Assembly: GCA_964593995.1 (NCBI GenBank)
Contig: CAZQKV010000001.1
Location: 1 to 24,944, forward strand
DNA: 24,944 nucleotides
Direction: 5' to 3'
From: Candidatus Woesearchaeota archaeon
Lineage (GTDB): Archaea; Nanobdellota; Nanobdellia; Pacearchaeales; GW2011-AR1
Of the stretch, positions 1-7,756 are shown one piece after another. Numbering within the stretch: the first letter of the stretch is position 1; the number at the start of each line of letters is the position of its first letter. The notes beneath the pieces are model-generated. The model was given only the letters and a program-made list of their open reading frames with translations. It searched no databases and was not told where the DNA came from. The translations under genes were made by a program, and so were the position numbers.

Positions 1-656
1 AGTGTTCTTAAGTGCAATGCCCCTTTTGAATCAGACAGCATTTTAGCTGCTTTAGATAGGTTTTTAGCAGCAACAACTTCTCCTTCTGCTTTAATTATAA
101 CTGCTCTTTTTTCTCTTTCAGCTTCAGCTTCTTTTCCAATTGTTCTTTTTAATTGTTCAGGCAATTCAACATGCTTTAATTCAACACTATCTACTTTTAT
201 TCCCCAAGGGTCTGTTGCTTTGTCTACTATCTCCCTGATTCTTTTTGAAACAGAATCTCTTTTGCTTAATAAATCATCTAATGAAACTTCTCCAACAACG
301 TCTCTCATAGTTGTTTGAGCTAATTGAGAAACAGCATAATCAAATTCCTCAACTTCAATAATCGCCCTTTTTGCATCACTTACTTTATAATAAAGAACAG
401 CATTTACTTTAATAGAAACATTATCTCTTGTAATTGCATCTTGATCAGGAACATCAATTGCCTTAACTCTTATGTCAACTCTTTCCCACGTTTGTAAAAT
501 AGGGATAACTAATCTTAAACCAGGAATCATTATTGAAGTAAATTTTCCTAATGTAAACCTAACCCCTCTTTCATACTCTTTTACAATTTTTAGCCCTGCT
601 AAAATAAAGAATAAAATAACAATTCCTATACCATATAAAAGTCCAATAGCAACCAT
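1..656 (-). CDS. SPFH/band 7 (stomatin/slipin) membrane protein, 3' end runs off the window
   Basis: Not in the ORF track. Manual translation from ATG 656: MVAIGLLYGIGIVILFFILAGLKIVKEYERGVRFTLGK...TRDNVSIKVNAVLYYKV...AQTTMRDVVG...DPWGIKVDSVELKHV...AEAEREKRA. These are typical stomatin motifs, and the frame is open to the window edge. Confidence 0.93.
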   Translation of the reverse strand, partial: MVAIGLLYGIGIVILFFILAGLKIVKEYERGVRFTLGKFTSIMIPGLRLVIPILQTWERVDIRVKAIDVPDQDAITRDNVSIKVNAVLYYKVSDAKRAIIEVEEFDYAVSQLAQTTMRDVVGEVSLDDLLSKRDSVSKRIREIVDKATDPWGIKVDSVELKHVELPEQLKRTIGKEAEAEREKRAVIIKAEGEVVAAKNLSKAAKMLSDSKGALHLRT

Positions 657-693
657 CTTAATTTATATGAAAAATCCTTAATAAATGTTTTGC

Positions 694-1074
694 TTAATTA
701 GATTCTAATTCTCCATAAGCATTTATTAATCTAGTCTGCAACTTTATCATCTCCTTTTTTAATTTTAAGAATCTCTCTTTATGTTTTGTTGTTTTTCTTT
801 TTTGGCTTCTAAGTTTTGCTAATTCTTTTTTCTTTTTATTTAGAAATTCAGAGTTTTGTTTTATTTCAAGATGAAGATTTTTCTTTTTTATATTTCTTAA
901 TTTAATCTTATTAATCATGTTACTTATGTTTTTGTTTGCATTTTCTTGCCTTAATCTTTCCTGGTTTAACTGCTCTGCTATTTGTCTTACTTTTCCTTTT
1001 AAGTTTGCTATTACCTTCCTTGTTCTCGACAAATCTTCACTTACTTGAACCTCTTTTTCTTTTATATTCTCCAT
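694..1074 (-). CDS. Hypothetical basic coiled-coil protein (126 aa)
   Basis: ORF track. Lys/Arg/Leu/Glu-rich helical pattern, same orientation as its neighbours. Confidence 0.75.
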   Translation of the reverse strand: MENIKEKEVQVSEDLSRTRKVIANLKGKVRQIAEQLNQERLRQENANKNISNMINKIKLRNIKKKNLHLEIKQNSEFLNKKKKELAKLRSQKRKTTKHKERFLKLKKEMIKLQTRLINAYGELESN

Positions 1075-1116
1075 TAAAAAATTAAGAAATTAAAGTATAA
1101 AAACATTCGCAAAAAA

Positions 1117-2259
1117 TCAAAAACCAGTATAATCCAAAACTAATTTCCCTTCCTTATCTCTTAAATAAACAGTATCCCCATCATTATTCCAGATAGCAGG
1201 ACAAGGTCCGCTGCTTCCATGATTTTTCCAATAAAATTCATTGTTTATATCAGTCCCATTTCCACTATATAATGTTACTGATTCTTGTTTTTTTAATATG
1301 AACTCTGGAAAATTATATGTATGAGTTGCCTCATCTTTTACACTCCACCCAGTAATATCACACTCATTATCGCAAGAATTTCTAAATATGATATATTCAT
1401 CATTTGGATTTTCACAATCATCTCCTTCTGCATTTAAATGAAAATAAGAAATTCCTATACATCCTCCGCATAACGAACTTTTTTCCCAAATGCAACCTTT
1501 TGCATTTTTTGCAATTTCTTCAGCTTCTTCTAATTCTAATAAATATCTTTTATTTTCACCAACAATATAGACACTAGCAAATCCTTCTTCAACTAACAAA
1601 ACATTAATATTTTTATCATCAATAATTATATATCTTAACAATCTCTCATAAATATCTTCATTATCAACATCTGTTTCTAATTTAACTTCCTTATTTAATA
1701 TAAGTTCTTCAAGCCTTTCTCTAGCTTTATCATAACATCTTTGTCCTTTTTCTTCAGTATTTATTCCAAGAAGCCTAATCCTTTCTCCACCCTCCAAATA
1801 AACAGTATCCCCATCAATTACTTTTATTACAATTCCTGTTTCATTATTTTCAGGATATTCTATATCAATACATAAATTCTCTATGCATTTTTCATTTCCA
1901 GGGCACAATTTCTCTTCATAATTATTATTTAAACAACACGCATAAGGACAAGTGCCAAAATTAGAATCATTAATTGAGCCATTATCAATTACCAAGGGGG
2001 TAATAGTATTAGCATCTTTAAATCTTGCAAAAGCAAAAACTACAACAACAAGCAAAATAAAAAATAAAATAGTAGAAATTTTTTTACCTTCTTTTTTTAT
2101 AGGTTTGGCAGAAGTAGATTTAGAAGTTTCTAAATATTCTTTAATATCAAAAGAATCTTTTTGTTCTTTAATTAAAGAACCCCCTAATTTTTTCCCACAA
2201 GAAGGACAAAATTGATTTCCTTGTTTTATTTTTCTTCCGCAATGATGACAATAAGGCAT
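1117..2259 (-). CDS. Membrane-anchored thermonuclease (SNase) with N-terminal zinc ribbon and C-terminal lamin-tail domain
   Basis: CHHC...CPSC zinc ribbon, then one TM helix. SNase motifs VIDGDT, IRLLGINTEE, DIYERLLRY. LTD-like motifs NDEYI, DITGWSVKD, VTLYSGNG, IWNNDGDTVYLRD. Confidence 0.9.
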   Translation of the reverse strand: MPYCHHCGRKIKQGNQFCPSCGKKLGGSLIKEQKDSFDIKEYLETSKSTSAKPIKKEGKKISTILFFILLVVVVFAFARFKDANTITPLVIDNGSINDSNFGTCPYACCLNNNYEEKLCPGNEKCIENLCIDIEYPENNETGIVIKVIDGDTVYLEGGERIRLLGINTEEKGQRCYDKARERLEELILNKEVKLETDVDNEDIYERLLRYIIIDDKNINVLLVEEGFASVYIVGENKRYLLELEEAEEIAKNAKGCIWEKSSLCGGCIGISYFHLNAEGDDCENPNDEYIIFRNSCDNECDITGWSVKDEATHTYNFPEFILKKQESVTLYSGNGTDINNEFYWKNHGSSGPCPAIWNNDGDTVYLRDKEGKLVLDYTGF

Positions 2260-2337
2260 GTTCTTTTAAGAAGATTAAATTATAAAAGCTTATCTGAGGT
2301 TTAAAATAACTTTTTTCTCAGCTTCATTTTGTTGTTT

Positions 2338-2496
2338 TTATGCTTTTCTAACTTCTGGGTTTTTTTCTAAGCTCTTATCTAATTCTTCAACAGAACCCCT
2401 ATCTCCTTCAGGAAGGGTTGTATTTATCTTTATAAATCCAGAAGCGTCGCAAATATTTTCTTCAGGAATTTCAATAGTTTTTTCCTTATCTGCCAT
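2338..2496 (-). CDS. Small protein A (52 aa), paralog of small protein B
   Basis: Manual translation MADKEKTIEIPEENICDASGFIKINTTLPEGDRGSVEELDKSLEKNPEVRKA*. BRE-TATA at 2519-2532. Shares 15 of 31 C-terminal residues with the 2534-2668 product. Confidence 0.8.
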   Translation of the reverse strand: MADKEKTIEIPEENICDASGFIKINTTLPEGDRGSVEELDKSLEKNPEVRKA

Positions 2497-2518
2497 TAAT
2501 TTACAAAGGTTTTAATTT

Positions 2519-2532
2519 ATTTATAACTTTTT
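2519..2532 (-). promoter_or_regulatory. BRE-TATA promoter of small protein A (leaderless)
   Basis: Minus strand AAAAAG-TTATAAAT, with the TATA 23-30 nt upstream of ATG 2496. Confidence 0.55.
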
Positions 2533-2533
2533 A

Positions 2534-2668
2534 TTATGTTTTGATGTCAGGATTTTCTTCAAGAGCTCTATTCAAATTTTCAAGAACTCCTCTGTCTCCT
2601 CCTTCAGGAGTAGTGTTTTCATTTATAAATTTTGTAGCAGAGCCTGCCTCTTCTTTGGGAATGTTCAT
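2534..2668 (-). CDS. Small protein B (44 aa), paralog of small protein A
   Basis: Manual translation MNIPKEEAGSATKFINENTTPEGGDRGVLENLNRALEENPDIKT* (TAA TAA). Has its own BRE-TATA at 2693-2707. Confidence 0.8.
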   Translation of the reverse strand: MNIPKEEAGSATKFINENTTPEGGDRGVLENLNRALEENPDIKT

Positions 2669-2692
2669 TTCAAAATTAAATTGCTTATAAGG

Positions 2693-2707
2693 TTTTTAAA
2701 TGTTTTT
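2693..2707 (-). promoter_or_regulatory. BRE-TATA promoter of small protein B (leaderless)
   Basis: Minus strand AAAAACA-TTTAAAAA. The same AAAACATTTA motif lies upstream of the SPFH gene and the 8540 gene. Confidence 0.5.
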
Positions 2708-2779
2708 GATTAATTAAGCAATTTTAATAGATTTTTAATTAAATTTCAATTAAATTTACACAGAATAAGTTTATATAGA

Positions 2780-2807
2780 AGTTCGCACTATCTAGGTTAT
2801 GGAAGTC
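2780..2807 (+). other. Putative dif-like Xer binding site overlapping the xerA start codon
   Basis: AGTTCGCACTA-TCTAGG-TTATGGAAGTC has an 11-6-11 layout and matches 16/28 positions of E. coli dif (GGTGCGCATAA-TGTATA-TTATGTTAAAT) by manual comparison. Confidence 0.4.
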
Positions 2808-3617
2808 AGTGAATTTTTAAAAAGGGTTGAAACAGAAATTAAAATAAGTAAATTATCTGAATATACTTTAAGAAATTATATTGATTTTAATAAAGCATTA
2901 TTAAAGCACTCTAACAAAAATCCTGAGAAAATTGATTCTCAAGATGTTAAGTATTTTCTTGCAGACAAAATGTCTGAAAGAGCTCCTTCTTCTGTGATTT
3001 TATTTCTTGCATCTATTAGATTTGCATATTCTAATGTTCTTGAAAAAGATCCAACTGCAGGAGTTAAAAGACCAAAAAAAGAAGAAAAGATTCCCTCAGT
3101 GTTAACAAGAGAAGAAGTATTGAAATTAATTAATTCTGCCCAAACATTAAAAAGTAGTTTAATACTCCAGTTACTTTATTCTTCAGGATTGAGAGTTTCT
3201 GAGTTAGTTAACTTAAAACCAGTTAATTTAAATTTTAGTGAAAGTAGCGGGTGGGTAAGAGAAGGAAAAGGGAAAAAAGACAGGCTTTTTGTGATGTCAA
3301 AAAAACTTTCAAAAAAGCTTGAGAAATTTATAAGTAGGCACCCTAGTTGGGAATACGTGTTTTCAAAAGAAAAGCCTTTAACTACTAGGAACATACAAAA
3401 GATTGTACAAAAAATTGCAAATCTTATAGGAATTAAAAAAGAGGTTCATCCACACACATTTCGGCATAGTTTTGCTACTCACCTTCTTGATTCTGGGGTT
3501 GACCTCAGGAAGATTCAATTTCTTTTAGGGCACAGTTCAATTGCAACAACTCAGATTTATACGCATATTAGTTCTGATCAAGTAAAATCTATTAAAAATC
3601 CCTTAGATAATCTATAA
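2799..3617 (+). CDS. xerA: XerA/XerC-D family tyrosine recombinase
   Basis: SAM-like N-terminal domain. Full catalytic set: SGLRVSEL (R), GKGKKDR (K), HPHTFRHSFATHLL (HxxR), LLGHSSIATTQIY (H, Y). Confidence 0.93.
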   Translation: MEVSEFLKRVETEIKISKLSEYTLRNYIDFNKALLKHSNKNPEKIDSQDVKYFLADKMSERAPSSVILFLASIRFAYSNVLEKDPTAGVKRPKKEEKIPSVLTREEVLKLINSAQTLKSSLILQLLYSSGLRVSELVNLKPVNLNFSESSGWVREGKGKKDRLFVMSKKLSKKLEKFISRHPSWEYVFSKEKPLTTRNIQKIVQKIANLIGIKKEVHPHTFRHSFATHLLDSGVDLRKIQFLLGHSSIATTQIYTHISSDQVKSIKNPLDNL

Positions 3618-3661
3618 ATTACTTATAAAGCAAAAAAATAAAAAAGAAAAATTTAAAACCG

Positions 3662-3829
3662 CTAGCTATTAATCTCAATAAGATACTTACATATCTCTTT
3701 CTTTCTATCAACTATTCTCTTCCAGGTCGCTTTTGGATACTTTTTCATTAAACTATCCACAGTTCCCCAATATTTTTCAAGCCCAAAATTTAGGCCGCCC
3801 ACCAATGCAAATGAAACCTCTATTATCAT
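3662..3829 (-). CDS. Possible small protein (55 aa) or C-terminal remnant of a frameshifted gene
   Basis: MIIEVSFALVGGLNFGLEKYWGTVDSLMKKYPKATWKRIVDRKKEICKYLIEINS*, preceded by an SD-like GGAGGTG. Family not recognised. Confidence 0.35.
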   Translation of the reverse strand: MIIEVSFALVGGLNFGLEKYWGTVDSLMKKYPKATWKRIVDRKKEICKYLIEINS

Positions 3830-3987
3830 ACTCCACCTCCAGCCATAAAAGCCTCTTGTTATTTAAATATAAAGTTGCGAAAAAAAATATATTTTTTATC
3901 CCCCTCTTGTTTATATACTCCAAATCTGAAAAGTAGTTACAAGTAATTTTAAAGTGGTAGTAGCAGAAATTTAATTTATTATTTATT

Positions 3988-4269
3988 TTATTTAGCCTGA
4001 TTTGCTTTATCTTTTTTTATTAATGCTATCTTAATAGCAATTATAATTGGGAGCGCAATAAAAATAATAAGTCCCTCGAGTATAGCAAAAATATCCACAG
4101 AAGTTGTTGGGATTCTTAAAAGCGCATTTTTTAAATTTGCAGGAGAATAAGTAAACAAAGACCACACAAGTAATCCAATAGTTATAATTAATATAACTCC
4201 TAGTGAGATAATTAAGCCAATTAAGCCTTTTCTTGCATAAAATTCAAATCCTTCAATTTCTTCATCCAT
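3988..4269 (-). CDS. Small membrane protein with two TM helices (93 aa)
   Basis: ORF track; two hydrophobic stretches. Confidence 0.75.
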   Translation of the reverse strand: MDEEIEGFEFYARKGLIGLIISLGVILIITIGLLVWSLFTYSPANLKNALLRIPTTSVDIFAILEGLIIFIALPIIIAIKIALIKKDKANQAK

Positions 4270-4342
4270 TTTCCTTCTTTTTACCTAACTTTTCTAAACT
4301 AAAAAAACAAATTATATTATTTAAAGTTATTTAAATAACTTC

Positions 4343-4771
4343 TTACCTATATAATCCAATAAATTCTGATTTTTCTAAAATATGTCCTTCCATAGCTTTT
4401 TCAAGTTCTTGTTTTGTTGCCCCGTTTTTTAGATCAAGTTTTGTATCTAATGCATGCAATTTAAAAAAATATCTATGGGTTCCAGAAGGAGGCATGGGCC
4501 CTCCATAATTGTTTCTTCCCCAACTATTTTCTCCTTGGACTCCTGGAATAGAATTTTCTTTAATTTCCATTGTATTTGGAGAAATATTCCATACTAACCA
4601 GTGAATCCATAACCCAACAGGAGCATCTGGGTCATCTATAATCAAAACTAGACTTTCTGTATTTTCAGGAACATCTTCAATTATTAATGTTGGATTAATA
4701 TCCTCCCCATCTCCTGTAAACTTAACAGGGATTTTTTCATTGTTTTCAAAATCAGGACTTGTTATCTTCAT
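4343..4771 (-). CDS. YbhB/YbcL family (PEBP/Raf kinase inhibitor-like) protein
   Basis: Motifs GEDINP, LIIDDPDAP, WIHWLVWNI, YGGPMPPSGTHRYFFKLHALD. Confidence 0.95.
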   Translation of the reverse strand: MKITSPDFENNEKIPVKFTGDGEDINPTLIIEDVPENTESLVLIIDDPDAPVGLWIHWLVWNISPNTMEIKENSIPGVQGENSWGRNNYGGPMPPSGTHRYFFKLHALDTKLDLKNGATKQELEKAMEGHILEKSEFIGLYR

Positions 4772-4808
4772 TTTAAATTCTTGTTTTTGATTAAATTTTG
4801 GTTTGGGT

Positions 4809-4859
4809 CAAACCTTTTTGAAGGGTTTGTTTTGATTAAACTTATCTTTAAAAAGTTTA
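4809..4859. repeat. Two degenerate palindromic elements in a divergent intergenic region
   Basis: CAAACCTTT-TTG-AAGGGTTTG (4809-4829) and TAAACTT-ATCTTTAAA-AAGTTTA (4837-4859). Confidence 0.5.
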
Positions 4860-4989
4860 CATTCATTTTAGAAAAACAAAAACTAGTTTATTTATGTTTC
4901 TGTTTTAGAACTTGTTTTTTATAAGGTTTTAACCATAGAAATACTTTTAATACCCTATTTGCTCCTCTAAATTACCCAAACAAGACAAA

Positions 4990-5787
4990 ATGGTGATTTA
5001 CTCTCATTCAAGACTTTCAACATTTGAACAATGCCCTTTAAAATTTAAGTTTAGATATATTGATAAAATTGAGCCAGATATAAAACAAACTATAGAAGGG
5101 TTTTTAGGAAACCGGGTTCATGATGTTTTAGAATGGATTTATAGTCAAGAAAATAAAGAGAAAACTCTTGATTTAGATGAAGTAATTCATTATTATATAA
5201 ACAACTGGAAAGAGAATTTTGGTTCAGAAATAAAAATAGTAAGACCTGAATATAATTTTGATTATTATTATGATCTTGGTATAAAATTCTTAATAAATTA
5301 TTTTATGAAAAATTCCCCTTTTAAAGATAATACAATTGCAACTGAAAAAAAAGTTATTGTAAAATTAGATAAAGAAGGAGAATATTTTTTGCAAGGCTAT
5401 ATAGATAGATTAGTTTATAACGAAGAATCAAGAATTTTTGAAATTCATGATTATAAAACCTCTGGTTTTTTAAAGTCTCAAGAAGAATTAGATAAAGACA
5501 GGCAATTAGCATTATACTCGATTGCTATTAGAGAAGATTTCCCACAAGCAATAGATGTTCATTTGATTTGGCACTTTCTGGCATTTAATCATAAAATAAT
5601 TTCAAAAAGAAGTTTAGAACAATTAGAAAAATTAAAAACAGAAATTATTAATTTAATTAAAAAAATAGAATCTGCAACAGAGTTTCCTGCAAATTCAAGT
5701 CTTCTATGTAACTGGTGTGAATTTAGAAGTAGTTGTTACCTTTTCAATGGAAACAACGAGAATCATATTGAACAAAGATCTGATTAA
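4990..5787 (+). CDS. PD-(D/E)XK nuclease (RecB/AddB/Cas4-like) with predicted 4Fe-4S staple
   Basis: YSHSRLSTFEQCP, LGNRVHDVLE, GYIDRL, IHDYKTS, QLALY, and C-terminal CNWCEFRSSC (1+3 Cys arrangement). Confidence 0.92.
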   Translation: MVIYSHSRLSTFEQCPLKFKFRYIDKIEPDIKQTIEGFLGNRVHDVLEWIYSQENKEKTLDLDEVIHYYINNWKENFGSEIKIVRPEYNFDYYYDLGIKFLINYFMKNSPFKDNTIATEKKVIVKLDKEGEYFLQGYIDRLVYNEESRIFEIHDYKTSGFLKSQEELDKDRQLALYSIAIREDFPQAIDVHLIWHFLAFNHKIISKRSLEQLEKLKTEIINLIKKIESATEFPANSSLLCNWCEFRSSCYLFNGNNENHIEQRSD

Positions 5788-5789
5788 CA

Positions 5790-7724
5790 ATGTGGAGTTT
5801 ATTTGAAAACAACCAAGAATTGAAACCCTTAATTTTTTCTAATGGAAAATCTCAAGAAGATGTAGTTAATGAAGTTGTTGAGTCTATAAAACAAGGTAAT
5901 AAAATTATTTTTATAAGAGGAATGTGCGGGACTGGAAAATCTGCAATTGCTTTAAACCTTGCAAAAGAATTAGGAAGGACTTCTATTGTAGTTCCAATAA
6001 AATCCTTGCAACAGCAATATATTAATGATTATTCTGATAAAAAATATGTTCTAAAGGATTTTGAGAAAATGAAAAATTTTGAGAAACTGAAAATAAAATC
6101 AATTGTAGGAATACATAATTTTAAATTTAAATATTTAAAAGAATCTAAAAATCCAATTGAAATTAAACAACTGCAAGAAAAAAATGCAAAATTAAGTGAT
6201 ATATTTTTAGGGGTAAGTTCAAAACTAAAGCCAAGTGAAGATAAGTCTTGTAATAATATTTTTCTTCCATGTAAAATAGAAATTAAAGAAAAAAATCTCC
6301 CAATGTTAAAAGACTATATTAAACAAAATCCAGACATCAAAATAACTGATTTTAATTCAGTATTAGATATAAAAAGAATGACAATAGCACCAATCTGTCC
6401 ATACTGGTCTCCAATTCTTCCAGAAGAATTTGAAATCAGGAAATTTAAAAATGCAAGAAAAATAAAGTACCTTGGATTAGATAATAGGAAATTTGTTTTT
6501 AATCAAAGAAAAAAAGGGTGTGGATTTTATGACCAGTATCTTGCTTATGAAGATGCTGATGTGATTATATTCAACAGCATGAAATATAAATTAGAGACTT
6601 TGATGAATCGAAAGCCAGCAACAGAAATTGAAATCATAGATGAGTGTGATGAATTTTTAGACAGCTTTGCAAATAAAGAAAAAATAAATCTTAACAGATT
6701 ATTATTTTCACTAAATCTTTTGTTTCCAGAAGATAGCATAGGGCAAGCAATAATAGATGATTTAATCGATATAACGAATACAATCAGATTGAAAAAATCA
6801 TATCAGGAAGGAGAAATTTTCCCTATTAAAGATACCTTAGTTGAAAAACTTCTAATTATTATTTTAAGAAATCAAGAATTTTTATATGGTGTAGAAGCAG
6901 ATGAAAATAATTATGTTTTTCATTTAGATGAAGTAGCTAAAACCTTCCAGGATTTTTTAGATGAAACTTTTTTTTCAATTGAAAAAAGAGAAAATGACAT
7001 CATAGTTCACTTAGTCACGACAAATCTTGCCAAAAAATTAAAGGAACTTATTGAAAAAAATAAAGTTTTAATTATGATGTCAGGAACCATACATTCAGAA
7101 TCTGTTTTAAGGGGAATTTTTGGATTAGAAGAATTTAAAATAATAGATGCAGAAACTAAACACCAAGGAGAATTAATTAAGTGCAGGCACGGATATGAAA
7201 TTGATTGTAAGTATACTAATTTTCAAAATAATCATATTTCAAGAGAGCAATATCTAAAGGCGTTATCAAAGTCGATAGCAAGTGCTAAACTCCCTATCCT
7301 AGTCCATATAACTGCTTTTTCAGACCTGCCAACAGATTATGAAAAAACCCAATTTGAGTTAGATAATTTACCGACAAGAGCAGAGCTTATGCATCAACAG
7401 GCTAGTGACCCTTTAAGTAAAAAGGTAGCAGATTTTAAGCAAGGCAAGATTCCAATCTTATTCACAACCCGCTGTAATCGCGGAGCAGATTTCCCAGGAG
7501 AAACTTGTAATAGTATTGTTATCACAAGATTTCCATACCCAAACATATCGGCTATTTTTTGGAAAATTTTAAAACAAAATAAGCCAGAACATTTTATGAG
7601 TTTTTATATTGATAAGGCAAGAAGAGATCTTCTTCAAAAGATTTATAGGGGATTAAGAAGTAAAGATGATGAAGTTTATCTGCTTTCTCCTGACACAAGA
7701 GTTTTAGATTTTAAAATTAATTAA
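5790..7724 (+). CDS. SF2 helicase, XPD/Rad3/DinG-like (divergent)
   Basis: Walker A GMCGTGKS, IIDECDEF, MMSGT, RGADFPG, motif VI variant QKIYRGLRSKDD. Cys residues lie between motifs Ia and II. Confidence 0.85.
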   Translation: MWSLFENNQELKPLIFSNGKSQEDVVNEVVESIKQGNKIIFIRGMCGTGKSAIALNLAKELGRTSIVVPIKSLQQQYINDYSDKKYVLKDFEKMKNFEKLKIKSIVGIHNFKFKYLKESKNPIEIKQLQEKNAKLSDIFLGVSSKLKPSEDKSCNNIFLPCKIEIKEKNLPMLKDYIKQNPDIKITDFNSVLDIKRMTIAPICPYWSPILPEEFEIRKFKNARKIKYLGLDNRKFVFNQRKKGCGFYDQYLAYEDADVIIFNSMKYKLETLMNRKPATEIEIIDECDEFLDSFANKEKINLNRLLFSLNLLFPEDSIGQAIIDDLIDITNTIRLKKSYQEGEIFPIKDTLVEKLLIIILRNQEFLYGVEADENNYVFHLDEVAKTFQDFLDETFFSIEKRENDIIVHLVTTNLAKKLKELIEKNKVLIMMSGTIHSESVLRGIFGLEEFKIIDAETKHQGELIKCRHGYEIDCKYTNFQNNHISREQYLKALSKSIASAKLPILVHITAFSDLPTDYEKTQFELDNLPTRAELMHQQASDPLSKKVADFKQGKIPILFTTRCNRGADFPGETCNSIVITRFPYPNISAIFWKILKQNKPEHFMSFYIDKARRDLLQKIYRGLRSKDDEVYLLSPDTRVLDFKIN

Positions 7725-7756
7725 TAATAAAGGTAGTAAGTTTTTATAAATTTAGT

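Noticed and set aside
472-681. ORF track 69-aa plus-strand ORF
   Set aside because: Antisense shadow of the SPFH gene on the minus strand.
4990-5787. Nuclease interpreted as CRISPR Cas4
   Set aside because: No cas1/cas2 and no repeat-spacer array anywhere in the window; solo Cas4/RecB-like proteins are common.
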